From positions 400,757-464,756 of the forward strand of contig NW_027192207.1 in assembly GCF_041956535.1 (NCBI RefSeq): 64,000 nucleotides of DNA, written 5' to 3'. Source of the stretch: Calcarisporiella thermophila CBS 279.70 (Eukaryota; Fungi; Calcarisporiellomycota). Shown here piece by piece: positions 51,043-63,543 of the stretch. The notes under the pieces were generated by a model. That model was not told the origin of the DNA. It made no database searches and worked only from the letters and a program-made list of their open reading frames with translations. The position numbers were made by a program, and so were the translations under genes. Position 1 is the first letter of the stretch, and each line of letters begins with the position of its first letter.

Positions 51043-52336
51043 CTATGACAAGAACCATGTAATAAGCCCAAGCAGTACAAAGAGGGCCTTACTGAGTTCG
51101 TTCTCAGGCACCCCATTCACGGGGACTGAGCTTAATGGCGAAGCAGTCATCCGGAACATCGACGGCACGCTCAAAGGAGATGTCGCCCTTGTTATCATGC
51201 TGTAGTTGAAGCTGGTGGAGGTCCAGTTCACGGCGGTGGTCATCGGGAATCTCACGGAGGTCATAGTTGGTCTCACTGAACCCGACCCGGTGGAGGCCCA
51301 GTAGCCACTTGAGAGCGGCTTGTCTTTGCCCCCATCGTTGGAATAATCGTCGGCAGCTTTGCCTTCGTGTGCGGAACTATCCGAGTAAGTTGAGTCTCCG
51401 GCATGGTTATAATTTCCGTTATCATAATTTCCATTGCTATAACTTCCGCCATCCCCATTTCCGCTATAGTAGTTATTGTAGTTGCTACCATAATCCGCGC
51501 CGCCACTGTTATCGGAGTACATGCCATTATTTGATGAATAGCCACCGCCATTAGCATAGTTGGCATTGCCCGACCCGTAGGCCATGTTATAATTGTTGTT
51601 ATCTACAGGAGCATAATTTTGCGTCCCGGAATCCTAGAGAAGGGAGATTTAGGATGAGCGGGGCGGGGAAAGGAAATGGATTAGTGCGGAGGGATCTTAC
51701 TGCTTGTGGAGTATATGCCGGCTCGGCCTGGGTGGTCATTGGAGCGACGTCTGGCGCAACTTGCGCTGGTTGCTGCGTTGGTTGCGCCGCCGCCTCTGTA
51801 GTATAGGGTTGGTACTCGGGCACATTCTGTGCGGGGGCAACGTTTGGCGCGAGATTGGGGGAGGGGGGCGGGGGAGGACTGGGGGTGTTCGAAGGCTCCT
51901 GGTGGTGGAAGAAGTTCAGGATCTTTTGGAAAACATTGCCTGCGGACTGCATTTGCTGCTTGCGCTGCTCGTGCTCCTCCTTAGCCCGCTGGATTTTGTT
52001 GCAGACGGAGTCGAACCAGTTTATGAGCTTGTCGAAGGGATTCTGGAAGAGCTTGACTGAGCCCTGGGCCGGAGCAACAGGCTCGGGCTCGGGCCCGGGC
52101 TGCGAGGCATCGAGGGGCGGGGTTAGGGCGGGGATCGGCTGGGAGTTGGGGTCCAGTGCGGCTGGGGCAATGTCCCGCTCCAGGAAGCCGGCTGCATTGT
52201 TGGGAAGAGGGTAGAGAAGGTTAATGCACCTGCTCGCAATGCTGTACTACTCTCTCAATAAAAATCCAAATGTCCTACCTGGACTGGCCGAGACCGTGCA
52301 CAGGAGAAAGATCATAAAGAGTGGGTGAAGCTTCAT
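51043..52336 (-). CDS. Secreted, probably GPI-anchored low-complexity surface protein, 3 exons
   Basis: MKLHPLFMIFLLCTVSASP signal; Pro-rich, then N/Y/G-rich, then S/T-rich segments; hydrophobic C-terminus ALFVLLGLITWFLS; upstream TATAAAAG. Confidence 0.7.
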
Positions 52337-52660
52337 GTTGTGAGCGCGATGGTTTGAAGATGGAGCATCCCTGCTCGCGCCTTTTGGCGCCATGCCCCCG
52401 CGCTTTTATAGCGGCCATTAAGCGGAGGACAATATTGGATGATATTGGGATTATCATCCGCGCGGCGAGGACAATTCGGGAGCCGGCTCTGGTTGGGATT
52501 GGAATGGAGGCAGGGCAGGGCCTCGGGGGGTTTCTTCCAGCCAGCTTCAACTCGTTGCGTTCAGGTTAAATTTCATCGAATGCAATTATGGACCGTTGGT
52601 CAGTGCACCCTCATCGAGGAGCGCGTGACCCGTTTGGCTTTTTTCCTCGACCAGATTGTC

Positions 52661-54016
52661 ATGTCCAATTTTTTGTCCTCCTTCCCGCTTCTCCAACCCA
52701 TCTACTTCTCTCCCCTCTGCTCCCCATCCAACCTTTCCGGAATGCTGAAATCCGCTAGCCCATGCACCTCGTGGGCCAACCCCGCTGACCTGCGCGTCAA
52801 GGCGGCCAAGTACGTCACCTCGCTCGACTCCCGAGGCTATATTCCTGGTATGTTTCAGCTGAGAAAGCATTCCGCCCTGTCTGTTCCATCCCACTGACCC
52901 TTATTTCACAGTTTACGAGTACGACATTCCCGGAGGGCACACCATCATGTGGGATAGCGAAACGGGTAAGCATCCCCTCCCCTCCATTGGATTCTAGCTA
53001 ACCCCATGCTGACGATATCTACCCTTCTTCTGCAGAGGAGGTGCACTTCACCGGAATCTGGAAGGCTCTGGGTAATTCGAAGGCGGATATTGTGAAGATT
53101 GTCGACTCGAATCCCGAACTCCAGGTCAAGAAGATTCGCGGAGGCTTCTTGAAAATCCAAGGGACATGGTATGTGTTGAATAGGGCTCCCGTCCGACAAG
53201 GCCATGTTCTAATCCACAGCTCCCACTGCCCCTCATAGGATTAAATATGAAGAGGCCAGAAAGCTTGCCCTTCGCACCTGCTACCACATCCGGCATGAGC
53301 TCGTCCCGCTCTTTGGCACCAGTTTCCCTACGGAATGCGATCCGTCGAAGCCGGGCTATGGCTGCCTGCTGCTGAGTGCCTCGTCTCGTGGGCCGATGGT
53401 CAGCAAGCGGCGACGACAGAAACAGCGCCATAGCGATGATGAGCAATCCAAAGACATGAAGCGGATCGATAGCGGGACTGCTGTGTCCGATGTCGACGAG
53501 GAGTTCGATGAGCCATCGGAAACGCCCGCCAAGAAACACAGGGCGTGGGAGCCTTCTAACGAGCCTAGGCGCGGCAGGCGTCCTAAGAACTTGTCGCTGT
53601 CCCGCTCGCCGCCGCTGACGCCTCCGTTTCCCCGCCGGTACTCCGCGCTGCCTTCCTCTCCCATCAAATTCCGAGATATGGCCGAGAACGAGTATGCGAC
53701 GGGCCTCCCTGTCTCCCCGCCTCTGACCGTGCGCCACGGCACCTCGACTTCCCCCGCAACCTCTCCTTCGCCTCTATCCACCACCTTTCCCCTCAAATCC
53801 CTGTCTCGCCCGGTCCTCACCCTCGTGTCCAAACCTGCGTATCCCTCTGCAGAGGAGGAGGTTCCGGCCGATTGGGTGGAGATGATCACGGCGACCTTAC
53901 TTTTGCAGAAGCTGTCTCAAGACGATGGGAAACGCCCGTTTAAGCCTTGGTATGAGACGCTGCTTCCGCGATCGGTGTCTCTGGGCGAGCGCGAGTTCAC
54001 GGTAGTGTGGCACTGA
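52661..54016 (+). CDS. APSES/KilA-N transcription factor, Xbp1-like clade, 4 exons
   Basis: KYVTSLDSRGYIP|VYEY...IMWDSET|GEVHFTGIWKALGNSKADIVK...KIRGGFLKIQGTW|IKYEEARKLA...IRHELVPLFG. Confidence 0.9.
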
Positions 54017-54433
54017 GTGCTTCTATTTGCTCCGCTGAGCCATTGCCGACGTTGCCTCTTATTTATTATTTACTGCTGGATATCCCCCCCATTCTACCGG
54101 AAGGGAGAGTGAAACACTAGAGAATTTCCTTTTCTCTCGCATCCACTCCCTTCTCCACTCAATCTTATTCACGTACTTTTTTTTTACCTCCATAAGCTTT
54201 TCATAGTATCTATCTTTTTTTTTTTTCTCTTCTTTTTGTTGATTTTGTTATCTGTTCTATTCTTGTTGTATGTATGTACAATTATTTTTGTTTTCCTCTT
54301 TCTTCTACTTTTTTTTATCGATATCAGCGAAGGTTGTTTTTGTATATAACTTTTTTATTATCTTATTTTATTATTTCTCGATAGTGTTCTATTTCATTAA
54401 ATATTAATTTCTATATGCAAGCGCTTGGTTTAT

Positions 54434-55088
54434 TTACAATGAAGGTATCTTGAGCAGCTCCTCCTTCTTCACCGGGTTCAGGTCATACACGCTCGTCCGA
54501 TTTGTCTGCTGAAGCTGGTCAAGAAATCGCACCTTGTGCTTGATATTGGTCTCGATCTGGGCAATGCCCTCCTCGATCTCCTTTTGATCTAATAGCAAAA
54601 TGTCAAGCATCGTCCATTCTAAGGAGGGGGATCCATCTCCTTACTGTTTCGGATAATACTCTCGGTCTTCTCCTTTGGAAGTTGGATGAAAAATCCGCCC
54701 ACATCCAACCAGGTACTATCTACTCCAAAATGAATCGTCAATGGAATGAAGTAATGAAAGGGGGTTGCATGCCATTGGAACCTTCTTCGGATTTCTTCAA
54801 CGCATTGATCGCCTCGCGATTTTTCTGGCGCTTCTTGTCAAGTGCGATTTTCTAAATGTATAAGGTTTGGTTCATTAGGTGGGAGGAGGAAGGGAACGGG
54901 CTTTCTTGTCGACGTACCATTTGCCTATCACGGTGGATCTCTTCATAAACCTGCTCTTGCTGAGCTTGGGCTTCGATTGATTAAAGGAAAAAGAGGGTCA
55001 GAAACAGAAGTAGAAAGGGGCAATCCACAAAGCAGTAGTTAGTACCGTGGAGGACTGAGGTCGCCTCTGATTGTTTGTGTGAGGCCAT
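54434..55088 (-). CDS. PDRG1: PDRG1-like prefoldin-family protein, 5 exons (not in ORF track)
   Basis: Spliced: MASHKQSEATSVLH|AQAQQEQVYEEIHRDRQM|KIALDKKRQKNREAINALKKSEE|DSTWLDVGGFFIQLPKEKTESIIRN|NQKEIEEGIAQIETNIKHKV...; LDxxRxxNREA and GxxFIxLP match PDRG1. Confidence 0.8.
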
Positions 55089-55320
55089 GGTGAGGGAACT
55101 CTTTCCAAAAGGACAACAGTGTAATTTTGGGCAATAAAACCTTGAACTAAATTGGACTTGGGTAGATGGGCTTCACCATCGCAGTCACCCTGTATCAGAG
55201 TTCCCCACGCGTGTTTCTTTTGCTATTCTGGTTTTCCCCCTCCCTTCCGTTGCTTTTCTCATAAGCCTTAATCTCTCCATTTCATCATCTCTGCTTGGCC
55301 CGCATCCCATTGGAGAACGA

Positions 55321-57264
55321 ATGCCAAAGAAAAGAAGCTCTTCGTTATCCGCACGGCCTAGGCTGGCCGCCGCGACAGAACGAATGCGCAACTCAATGCG
55401 TGGGCGTATTCCATCATGCCCATCGCTGCCTCATCGAGTGCAAAGGAGAAGTTTGCGGGATTTCGAATTTGGACGCACTTTGGGCGAGGGATCGTATTCA
55501 ACGGTAAATACCCATGCGTTATACATGGGGCCCCCACTCTTGTCGTCCCGCTTGCCCCTCCTCCCGACCTCCTCCTCCTCCTCTAACTCAACGGCTCTTC
55601 TTAGGTTGTCGCAGCCACAGAACGGGAGACGGGGCGCGAGTATGCAATCAAGATCTTGAACAAGCGGTCCATTGTCAAGGATCGCAAAGTCAAGTATGTC
55701 AAGATTGAAAAGCGGGCATTGATACGGCTCCGCCATCCTGGTGTCGTTCGGCTTCATGCGACTTTCCATGACAATACCAGCCTGTATTTTGTACTAGAGC
55801 TTGCAAAAAAGGGAGAACTTCTCACCTATATCAAAAAGGTGTGTGTTTGTGTGTTTGCATAGCGTGGCTCTCCTATGATGCTAAGGGCGTGTTTCCTTGC
55901 CATAGTTTGGATCCTTCGACATTTCGTGTACAACATTCTATGCCGCACAGCTGGTTACTGTCATTGAATATATGCACTCCAAGGGCGTGTTACATCGAGA
56001 CATTAAACCCGAAAAGTACCTATTGGTTGCCTGGGATGTCTTTCCCTTTTCGACCTGGCTCTAACTCTCTTTGCAACGTAGTATCCTGCTTGACGAGAGA
56101 ATGCACATCAAACTAACCGATTTTGGCACCGCGAAGTTAATTGACGAAACAAGCGACGAGGACGAGGACGAGCAAGAAGATCCCCTCCAGCTGCACGTCA
56201 CCGAGCTCAACGAGAAGGACGATAGCCCGCCCCTGATGGGCAAGCCGCTTGTGAAGATCCCCCGGTTCCTCTTCCATAGCGTGCCCAACCTTAAGGGGGC
56301 GACGACCCTCGCCCACCATTTGAAGCAATACCAAGACCACCACCGAACCAAATCATTTGTTGGGACGGCGGAGTATGTTAGCCCCGAACTCCTCAACCAG
56401 CAGCCGGCATGCAAAGCGAGTGACTACTGGGCGCTCGGATGCATCCTTTATCAGATGCTCACGGGGAGGGCGCCGTTCAAGGCCGCGAACCAGTACCTAA
56501 TCTTCCAAAAGATCAGCAGGCTGGAGTACGAGTTCCCGCCCTCATTCCCCGACACGGCCAAGGATTTGGTGCAGAAGCTGCTTGTGATAGATCCCAAGCA
56601 ACGGTTGGGTTCGCCGGAGAAGGGTGGACCCGCGAAGTTGAAGGCCCATCCGTTCTTCGAATCCATAGACTGGAAGAGCCTGTTTTCGGACCACGCGCCC
56701 CCGCTGCAGCCGTTTGCCGCGCGGGCCGCGGAGGAGGCGGCGGAGGAGGCCGAGAGAAAGCGGAAAAAGCAGCTTGACAAGGCCAATAGAGGTGTGGGCG
56801 GGGACGAGGGTGTGCCCGAGAGCTTGACTAATTTTGATGAAAGCATGGTCGCCCCCGGAGACATTGCCAACGGGGAGGAGAAGGAGGGCGGGATGAGCCG
56901 GGAGAAGGCCGAGAAGCTAAAGGCGCAGCAGGCCACGTCCCGTTGGCAACCCTTCATGCTGAAGAACGAGCTGATCATGCGGGCAGGCCCGGTGGTGTGC
57001 AAGCGCCTCCTCTTCCTCCCGTTTCTCGGGAAGCGGAGGCAGCTCATTCTGACGGATTATCCACGCCTGCTCTACATCGATGAAGAGCACATGGCACAGG
57101 AGGGAGAGGTGCTTTGGAGCACGCGAATATCGCCCGAGCTCAAGGGGCGCAAGTGGTTTGTGGTCAAGACGCCAAGCCAATACCTACGATTCGAGGATCC
57201 CCAAGGGGAGGCGAGCAAATGGGTGGATGCGATCGAGGAGGTTCTATGTCGGCATTTCTCATAG
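55321..57264 (+). CDS. PDK1/Pkh/Ksg1-family Ser/Thr kinase with C-terminal PH-like domain, 4 exons
   Basis: DFEFGRTLGEGSYST, YAIKIL, HRDIKPEN, DFGTAK, SFVGTAEYVSPELL, NQYLIFQKI, KRRQLILTDYPRLLY. Confidence 0.93.
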
Positions 57265-57612
57265 TCATGGCACCATTTTTTTTTCCCGCGCGCTTTAACT
57301 TATTTCCTATTTCACATTCTCCTAATGACACATTTCTATATCGTCTATAATGCTACTCTATTTTATCTACTTGCTATTGTTCTGTTCTTAAAACCATCCG
57401 CGAAAAGTATCTGCTCTTGCTATTATTTTTCATGTTATTGTCCTATTCTTCAATCGTTTATTATTGTTTTTCCTCCCAATGGAAGCCGATTTGTCCCTGC
57501 ACTACTCATTGTCGTGATGTGAATAAGGGGATGGATGTGTCACGCTCCCTTGATTAGAAATCTAGAGTCCAATTTAAAAGGCCGAAGTCCCCCCCCTCTA
57601 TTTCTAATCACT

Positions 57613-59359
57613 ATGTCAACTTACTCCATAGTCATCGGGGACCGGCCGTTCCGTCTCTCCGGGGCGGCCCTGGCCAGCGATGCGCCCAACCTCTTCACCC
57701 GAGTGTTCTCCCGCCCTCGGGAGGCCTCCACGCGAACCCTTGCCCTCCCCGACAAAAATCCGGAGATCTTCGAGCTCATTTTCAGACATTTGCAAGGCTA
57801 CTGCATGCTCCCCAAAGACGAGGTAAGCCGCTTCTTGATCCCCGTAGGATGAAAGCCATGACTGGCTGACACCGTCTTCTGATCCACTCAGGTGCAGTAT
57901 GCGAATCTGCTGACGGATGCGTACTATTTCGAGTTGAAAAAGCTTCAGTCCATTTTGCTTGAGTACTTTTTTATCAATGTTGGCGGTAAAGTCTTTCGGA
58001 TCTCAAAGAACATAGTGAAAAATGGTAATCTGATGTTCTCACCCTAGCACATCGAATGAGATCATTGATGGCTCCATAAACTTTTTTTTTCCCTTCCACC
58101 TCCCTTCAGACGGCCCAAATTATTTTGGAATGCTAATAGCGCGAAACGAGGAAAAAGATATCCCTGAAGTGATTCATAGAATAAGGCAGCCCCATTACAT
58201 GTATCTATCTCCGCTCGCCCTCTTTCTCCCTATTCCCCCGTCTTTATCTCTGCAGCTGTTGGAGGAGTAATAACGATGCTCTCTCTTTCTTAGTGATAGG
58301 GATCCGGCACTCTTTGAGGACGTAGTGCTGCATTTGCGTGGCTACGATGTCCCGATTCGCGACGAGTCCCACCGCCTGAATCTGCTCAAGGACGCCAGAT
58401 ACTACGCGCTGCGTGGGCTGCGCGAAAAGCTCATGAGCAACCAGCTGGCCTCCACCCTCTCTATCCCCCACGCTGGCCTGCTCATGAAGCTGGAGGACAT
58501 CCGGATCGTATCCATCGTGAAGGACTCGGCTCCCTCCAAAACCGGCGAGACGGCCGAGGACACCAACCCCCCCAACCTCTCGTTCCCCGGCATCGCCCCC
58601 CTGGACTCCTTCTCGCGCCCCCGAGAGCCGATTCTCTACAAGCTCTTCGAGAACAAGTCCCCTCTCCTGGTCCAGATCACGGACGCACGCCTCGAGCTCC
58701 GCTATACCCACTACGAGATCTCGCAACTGTGGGCGTTCGAGTGGCGCGTCGCCGAGAGCACGTGCCGCAACCCGAAGTGCGCGGTGTATCCGTCGAACGG
58801 GGGCAGCGAGCACGTCCAGCTCGACCTGCAGCTGCGGGCGTCCGAGAGCGCCAAACTCCGGGACCTGGCGCAAAAGGTGGGGGTGGACCCGCGGTTCCAG
58901 ACGCGGCTGGACGACGGCTGTGCCATCGCGGTGGACGGCTGCGAGCTGCTGCCCGCCGAGCTGTACAGCCTGCCCATGCTGCTCTTCGTCAGCAAGCGGC
59001 ACCAGATGGGCGAGACCCGCATCCACGACTTCGGCAAGGAGGTCAACGGGCAGGCCGGCGACCTCCTGACCCCGAGCCTGCTCGACCCCGACTCGTGGCG
59101 CCGGCCCTCCTCGCTGTGGAAGGTGCTTGAGATTGCACGATGGGTCAAGCCCAATCTGGTGACGGCCAGCGACATCTCCGACGCCCATGGCGCCGAGGGC
59201 AGCCCCGAGTTCCGCGTGCTGGACGTCTGGATCCGGCGCTGCATTGCGGGGGTGTACCTCACGCAGGGGAGCACCCAGCTGCAGCTGGACATCCTGCGGC
59301 TCGACGGGTGGGTGTCTCCTCACAAAATCAACGGGCAGGTCATGAAGTTTTTGGGCTGA
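57613..59359 (+). CDS. Double BTB/POZ-domain protein (YLR108C/YDR132C-like), multi-exon
   Basis: IVIGDRPFRLSGAALASDAPNLFT, DKNPEIFELIFRHLQGY, NLLTDAYYFELKKL; second repeat INVGGKVF, DGPNYF, DRDPALFEDVVLHLRGY, LLKDARYYALRGL. Confidence 0.88.
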
Positions 59360-59513
59360 AGACCTCCAGGACACTTTTTATTCTGGGAGGATGCCTCCCA
59401 CGTTTTGTACTATTAGAGCTGCCTATTTATTTGTATGCTTGCTTTTATTACGATTTTAATGTTTAATATGGCTTTATAATCGAACGCGTTACCTTGGACA
59501 TAATAGAGGAAAA

Positions 59514-59539
59514 GGGGGGGGGGGGGGAAGGGGAGGAGG
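59514..59539 (+). repeat. G14 homopolymer plus further G tracts (potential G-quadruplex)
   Basis: G14-AA-GGGG-A-GG-A-GG between two convergent genes. Confidence 0.6.
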
Positions 59540-59796
59540 AATCATATTAGATGCTCTCGATGCTCCTAAACACCATGACAATAGATCACAAAAAACAAAT
59601 TCACATGAGGCAAAGGGACAAGATAAATTTTAATATAAATACATCAAAGCAAAAAAAAAAGGAAACAAATCAGCAAACTTCTCCCTTCCTTCAAAGATGG
59701 TGGATACGCTGGGCGAGCGTTTGCGGAGATGGGGGAGAGAACCAGAAGAGATCACGGGAAGGAGACCACGCCCAATTAGCCTCACCTCTTGTTACG

Positions 59797-62309
59797 TCAA
59801 GGCATCTGCCTTCCTTGTTCATAACCTGTCTGGGCCTGATTTTTCTTATGATCCCCGCTTGCCTCTGAGATATTCGACAAAGGTTCGGCGGAAAAGTTAT
59901 TTTTCGGGCTGGCCACCATGCGCGGGTCGGTGAAATGGACCGTTTGGGGCGGGGCAGGGGGCGGTCGGTAGCCAGCGTAGTTCATGGGGATATGCGAGAT
60001 GGACCAGCGCGCGTGAGGATGGCGTTCATCGTCCATGAAGTGAGAGGAGCTCGATGGGGACGGGGGCGGTGGTTGAGAGGAGTGGAGGGGCCTAATGGGC
60101 GAGCTGTTGGCCGGGGGCGAGTGCTGCATCATGTAATACCCTGCTGGGTCGGCGACGATGTAATATTGAGATGTGCGCCTCGATGGCGAACCCGCATCTG
60201 ACGCCCCAGAGGGGGTGGTTGAAGACGGGGAGAGGATGGGAGAGGGCAGGGTGATTGGCTGCATACTGGCGGGCTGGTTAGACCCTAGAGGGGGAGCCGA
60301 AGAGGTGGAGCCTGGGTGCGAAGGCGAGGCGTGCAAAACCGGGTAATAGGGGTCCATGATGGGGTAGCCGGGAGGCACCGGGATCGGAGAACCACCTGGA
60401 ATAAATGCAAATGGGTATCCACCAGAGTACGGGGGAGACGCCACGGTAGACGAAGCAGCACCGACGGGATACATGGAGTGGTGCGGGGGATTAGGGTGGA
60501 AGGGGAGGAATGGCTGTGGAGAGGCGGAAATTTGTCCCACACCTGCGATCGCATGGCAGTCCGAAGAAGGGGGGGGAGTCTTGTGGGGGGGTGGTAACGG
60601 GCTGGTATCGATTCTTATTGAACTCAACGAATTGGCCGAGCGCTTTGCATCTGAGGGCGGGGCCGTGGTGGGAATGAGAAACACATGTTGAGGCTCCGGG
60701 GCGTTATCGGCTTCGTTCGCGTTTGTGTCCGGCTTATGTATAGAGGGTGAGCGGGTAGGGCTTGCTAACTGGCTGGAGGGGCTCTCAGCAGGACGATCGG
60801 AAATGGGCGAAGGGGAGACGTCCTCGCCGGGTTGGATCACGTTAATGCTCATGGGTAAGCTTCTGTGCCTGTCAGATGTTTGGCTGATCGAGTACGCCCG
60901 CTTAGGGCCTGACCCGGCCGATCGGTGCGAGTACGCCAGCGAGGGCTTGCGTCGATACAGGTTCAAGTCGGCCAGCAGTTTGGAGCCCACGACAACGGGC
61001 AATTCCAGGGTCACCACCATATACTCGGTGCCGGCTACGTTAAAGCGGGCGAAGTCGACCACCACGCGCACAAAGTAGGAGATCTGGATGATGGCCGTGG
61101 AGGTGGAGAGGGGAGTGTGGCGGGGGACTTTGATGTATTCGCAAATATCCTGCTCCTGGGTATCGGACTTGAGCATGAGGGTGGTGGTCATGGTCGCGAT
61201 GGTTTCGTTTCGGATTTTCGAGGTTCTAAGGTAGAATGGAGAAAGAGCGCACGGTTGAGCGGCCACGCCCCACTTCAGACAAACTACTCCAGCAAAGACT
61301 CACCCGAACCCATAGAAGGCGCTGTGCCGCACTACGGTGAGCTCCATGACCACCGGGGTGTTGTTCGAGAAAAAATGCTTGATTCGAAGATGCACTGGGA
61401 CGTCCTCCTCCTGGACGAAGAATCGCCTGTCTATCCGAGCCGTGACCGTCACCAGTCCCATCTGACCCGGCTCCCACTCCGAGTGCTCAACATCCTGTCC
61501 ACCATTGAACCCGAAATCATTAGCAAACAAGAAGGACGGACCCTTGATGCTATAGGCTTACCTGAGGAACTGCCATCTCCAGCTCTCCTTTTCGCTCCAA
61601 TGGGCTGTCGAGCGCACGTTTTGATTGGTCTATCCGTTCGATGACGGTGATATCTAGAGAGGTTTCGGTGTGGTTATTGTTGGAAAAAGAAAAGGCAATG
61701 TTTTTCGATTTCAAATGAAAGGCCTGAAGGGTATATATGATTGATCCGAAAGGGAAGGCCTAATTGAAGAGGAGAGTGAGGGATGAGCGAAATGGAAAAT
61801 TGAGAAAAATGGGGCGGGAAACCAATTTCTTCATGGTGGCAATTTGGCTCACCTTGGGATCGTTCAGGGTTGAAGGCAGCGGCCGCTCCATGACAGGGAT
61901 TGTGACGCTAAAGGGCCAGCAGTGGGCGCCCTTGTGAAGCACCGTGGATTGATATTCCGCGTCTCGGTAACCCGCCCCCTCTTTGTCTCCCTTTTTCTTC
62001 ACGGTACCAAACAAGAGCACCTCGTGGTCCAGCGGCACCTGCTTGCGCGGATACTCGACCTGCGTCTTGATCTTGCAGCTTAACCGCAACAGCACAGCAT
62101 GGGTCTTTACGTCTTTGGGGAGGGATAGGCACACCTGTCCTGAGGAAATGCAAAGAGGGGCTGATTAGACTTCCACTGGGCGGATGCATTAGGATTCTCG
62201 GAAGAGCACCTGAGATAGTGTCTCCAGTGGAAAAAAATCTCTTCTGGTCCTCGTTAAGGATAATCTGCAGGGAACTAGGATCCGAGTGAGTAGCGTTTCT
62301 TTGGATCAT
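59797..62309 (-). CDS. Alpha-arrestin-like adaptor with Pro/Ser-rich tail, multi-exon
   Basis: FSTGDTISGQV, LHKGAHCWPFSVTIP...LPST, GSIIYTL, IIQISYFVRVVVD...LELPVVVG; tail carries PPGY (PPxY) and SPPY. Confidence 0.85.
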
Positions 62310-62955
62310 GGGCAATGGGTGCGGGGATTCGCTGGAAATGAATGAGGAGAGGGAGCGAGGAAGAGAGAGAGAATGGAGCCCGGGAGGAATGGAAGCGGAT
62401 GGAGAATGGATTTTGGAAATGGAGACAAGGCAGCTCTGGAAGAGAAGAGCACGCGTGGTTTTTGAGGGTTGTACTGGAGCAACCGTCTCTATGCTCAAAG
62501 ACTTTCCAAGAAAAAACTCACGAATTTAATACTATCCAACCAGCTCAACCATCAACTTTAAGGGGTTGAACAAGCATGCGGTGGCTCATCCCATTCAACC
62601 TCTCTCCACCGGCTCCCGCCATGGTCCTCCGCGCCCATTGGCAAGCTTGTCGGGACGGCTCTCCCCTGCGGCCCTCGTCAAAAATCTTTTTGCCATCTGT
62701 CGCCGCGCTCAATTAGTCATCTGCGCCATATCGAACCAGTATCGCCACAAAACTTAAGTGGCGTCGGAGTTTGAGCAGAAGGGGGGGAAGGGCGACAAAG
62801 AAGGTTGGGTTTGCATAGAGGATTCCATTGGAACAGCCGAAATGAAAATCAGGAAAATGAATAAAAATAGGCAGCTCGAATATAAACAGATGGCATAAGG
62901 TTGACACGCTAAATACAGAGAAGGGAAGAAGGGGAGCAAGAGGACAGCCGGCTCA

Positions 62956-63543
62956 CTACCCGTCCTGGTTGACAAGCCAAAGCCCAGAAGACACAATAAA
63001 CAGCAGAAACACCCCAAACATGATGTACGCCTGGTAGCCTCTCCACGCCGCCGCCCTGCCCACAGACTCGTCTCCCTCGTTGTATGCAAGCCACTCGTAC
63101 TCATGTTTGTTGAAGCCAAACGCGGATGGGTTGTTTACGCCCTCGTTCTCTCCCTCCAGGCCCGGGAACAGGGAGGAGATGTATTTATCCTCCTCCCGTC
63201 CATTGGCCTGCTCCTCTGGGAAATAGAATTCTAGGAGAGGGTCTTTGACAAGCCGAAACTCCTCGTTCCCGAAATAGCTACGACGCTGCAAGCGTCGCCG
63301 CTGCTCCACGTCAGGCTCCGGGAGGGCGGTTGCGTCGTCATTTTCGCCCTTGTCCTCCCCCAGCTCGTCATCCTGCCAAGGGAACCGATCGACAGCCCGC
63401 TCACCGATCCAGATGGGTACATGTGCACTATTCAACCCATTTCTGACGCGATCGATGTGCTGAAAACTGGGTGGGAGAGGACTCGCCGCTATCAATGAGA
63501 TCCATGAAATTAGAAGAACACTGAATATATGTAAAAAGTACAT
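62956..63543 (-). CDS. Hypothetical single-pass membrane protein with signal peptide
   Basis: MYFLHIFSVLLISWISLIAASP signal, acidic luminal part with LQRR site, C-terminal TM YIMFGVFLLFIVSSGLWLV. Confidence 0.6.
   Translation of the reverse strand: MYFLHIFSVLLISWISLIAASPLPPSFQHIDRVRNGLNSAHVPIWIGERAVDRFPWQDDELGEDKGENDDATALPEPDVEQRRRLQRRSYFGNEEFRLVKDPLLEFYFPEEQANGREEDKYISSLFPGLEGENEGVNNPSAFGFNKHEYEWLAYNEGDESVGRAAAWRGYQAYIMFGVFLLFIVSSGLWLVNQDG

Noticed and set aside
58244-59374. 376-aa minus-strand ORF overlapping the BTB gene
   Set aside because: Same antisense-frame artefact of high GC3.
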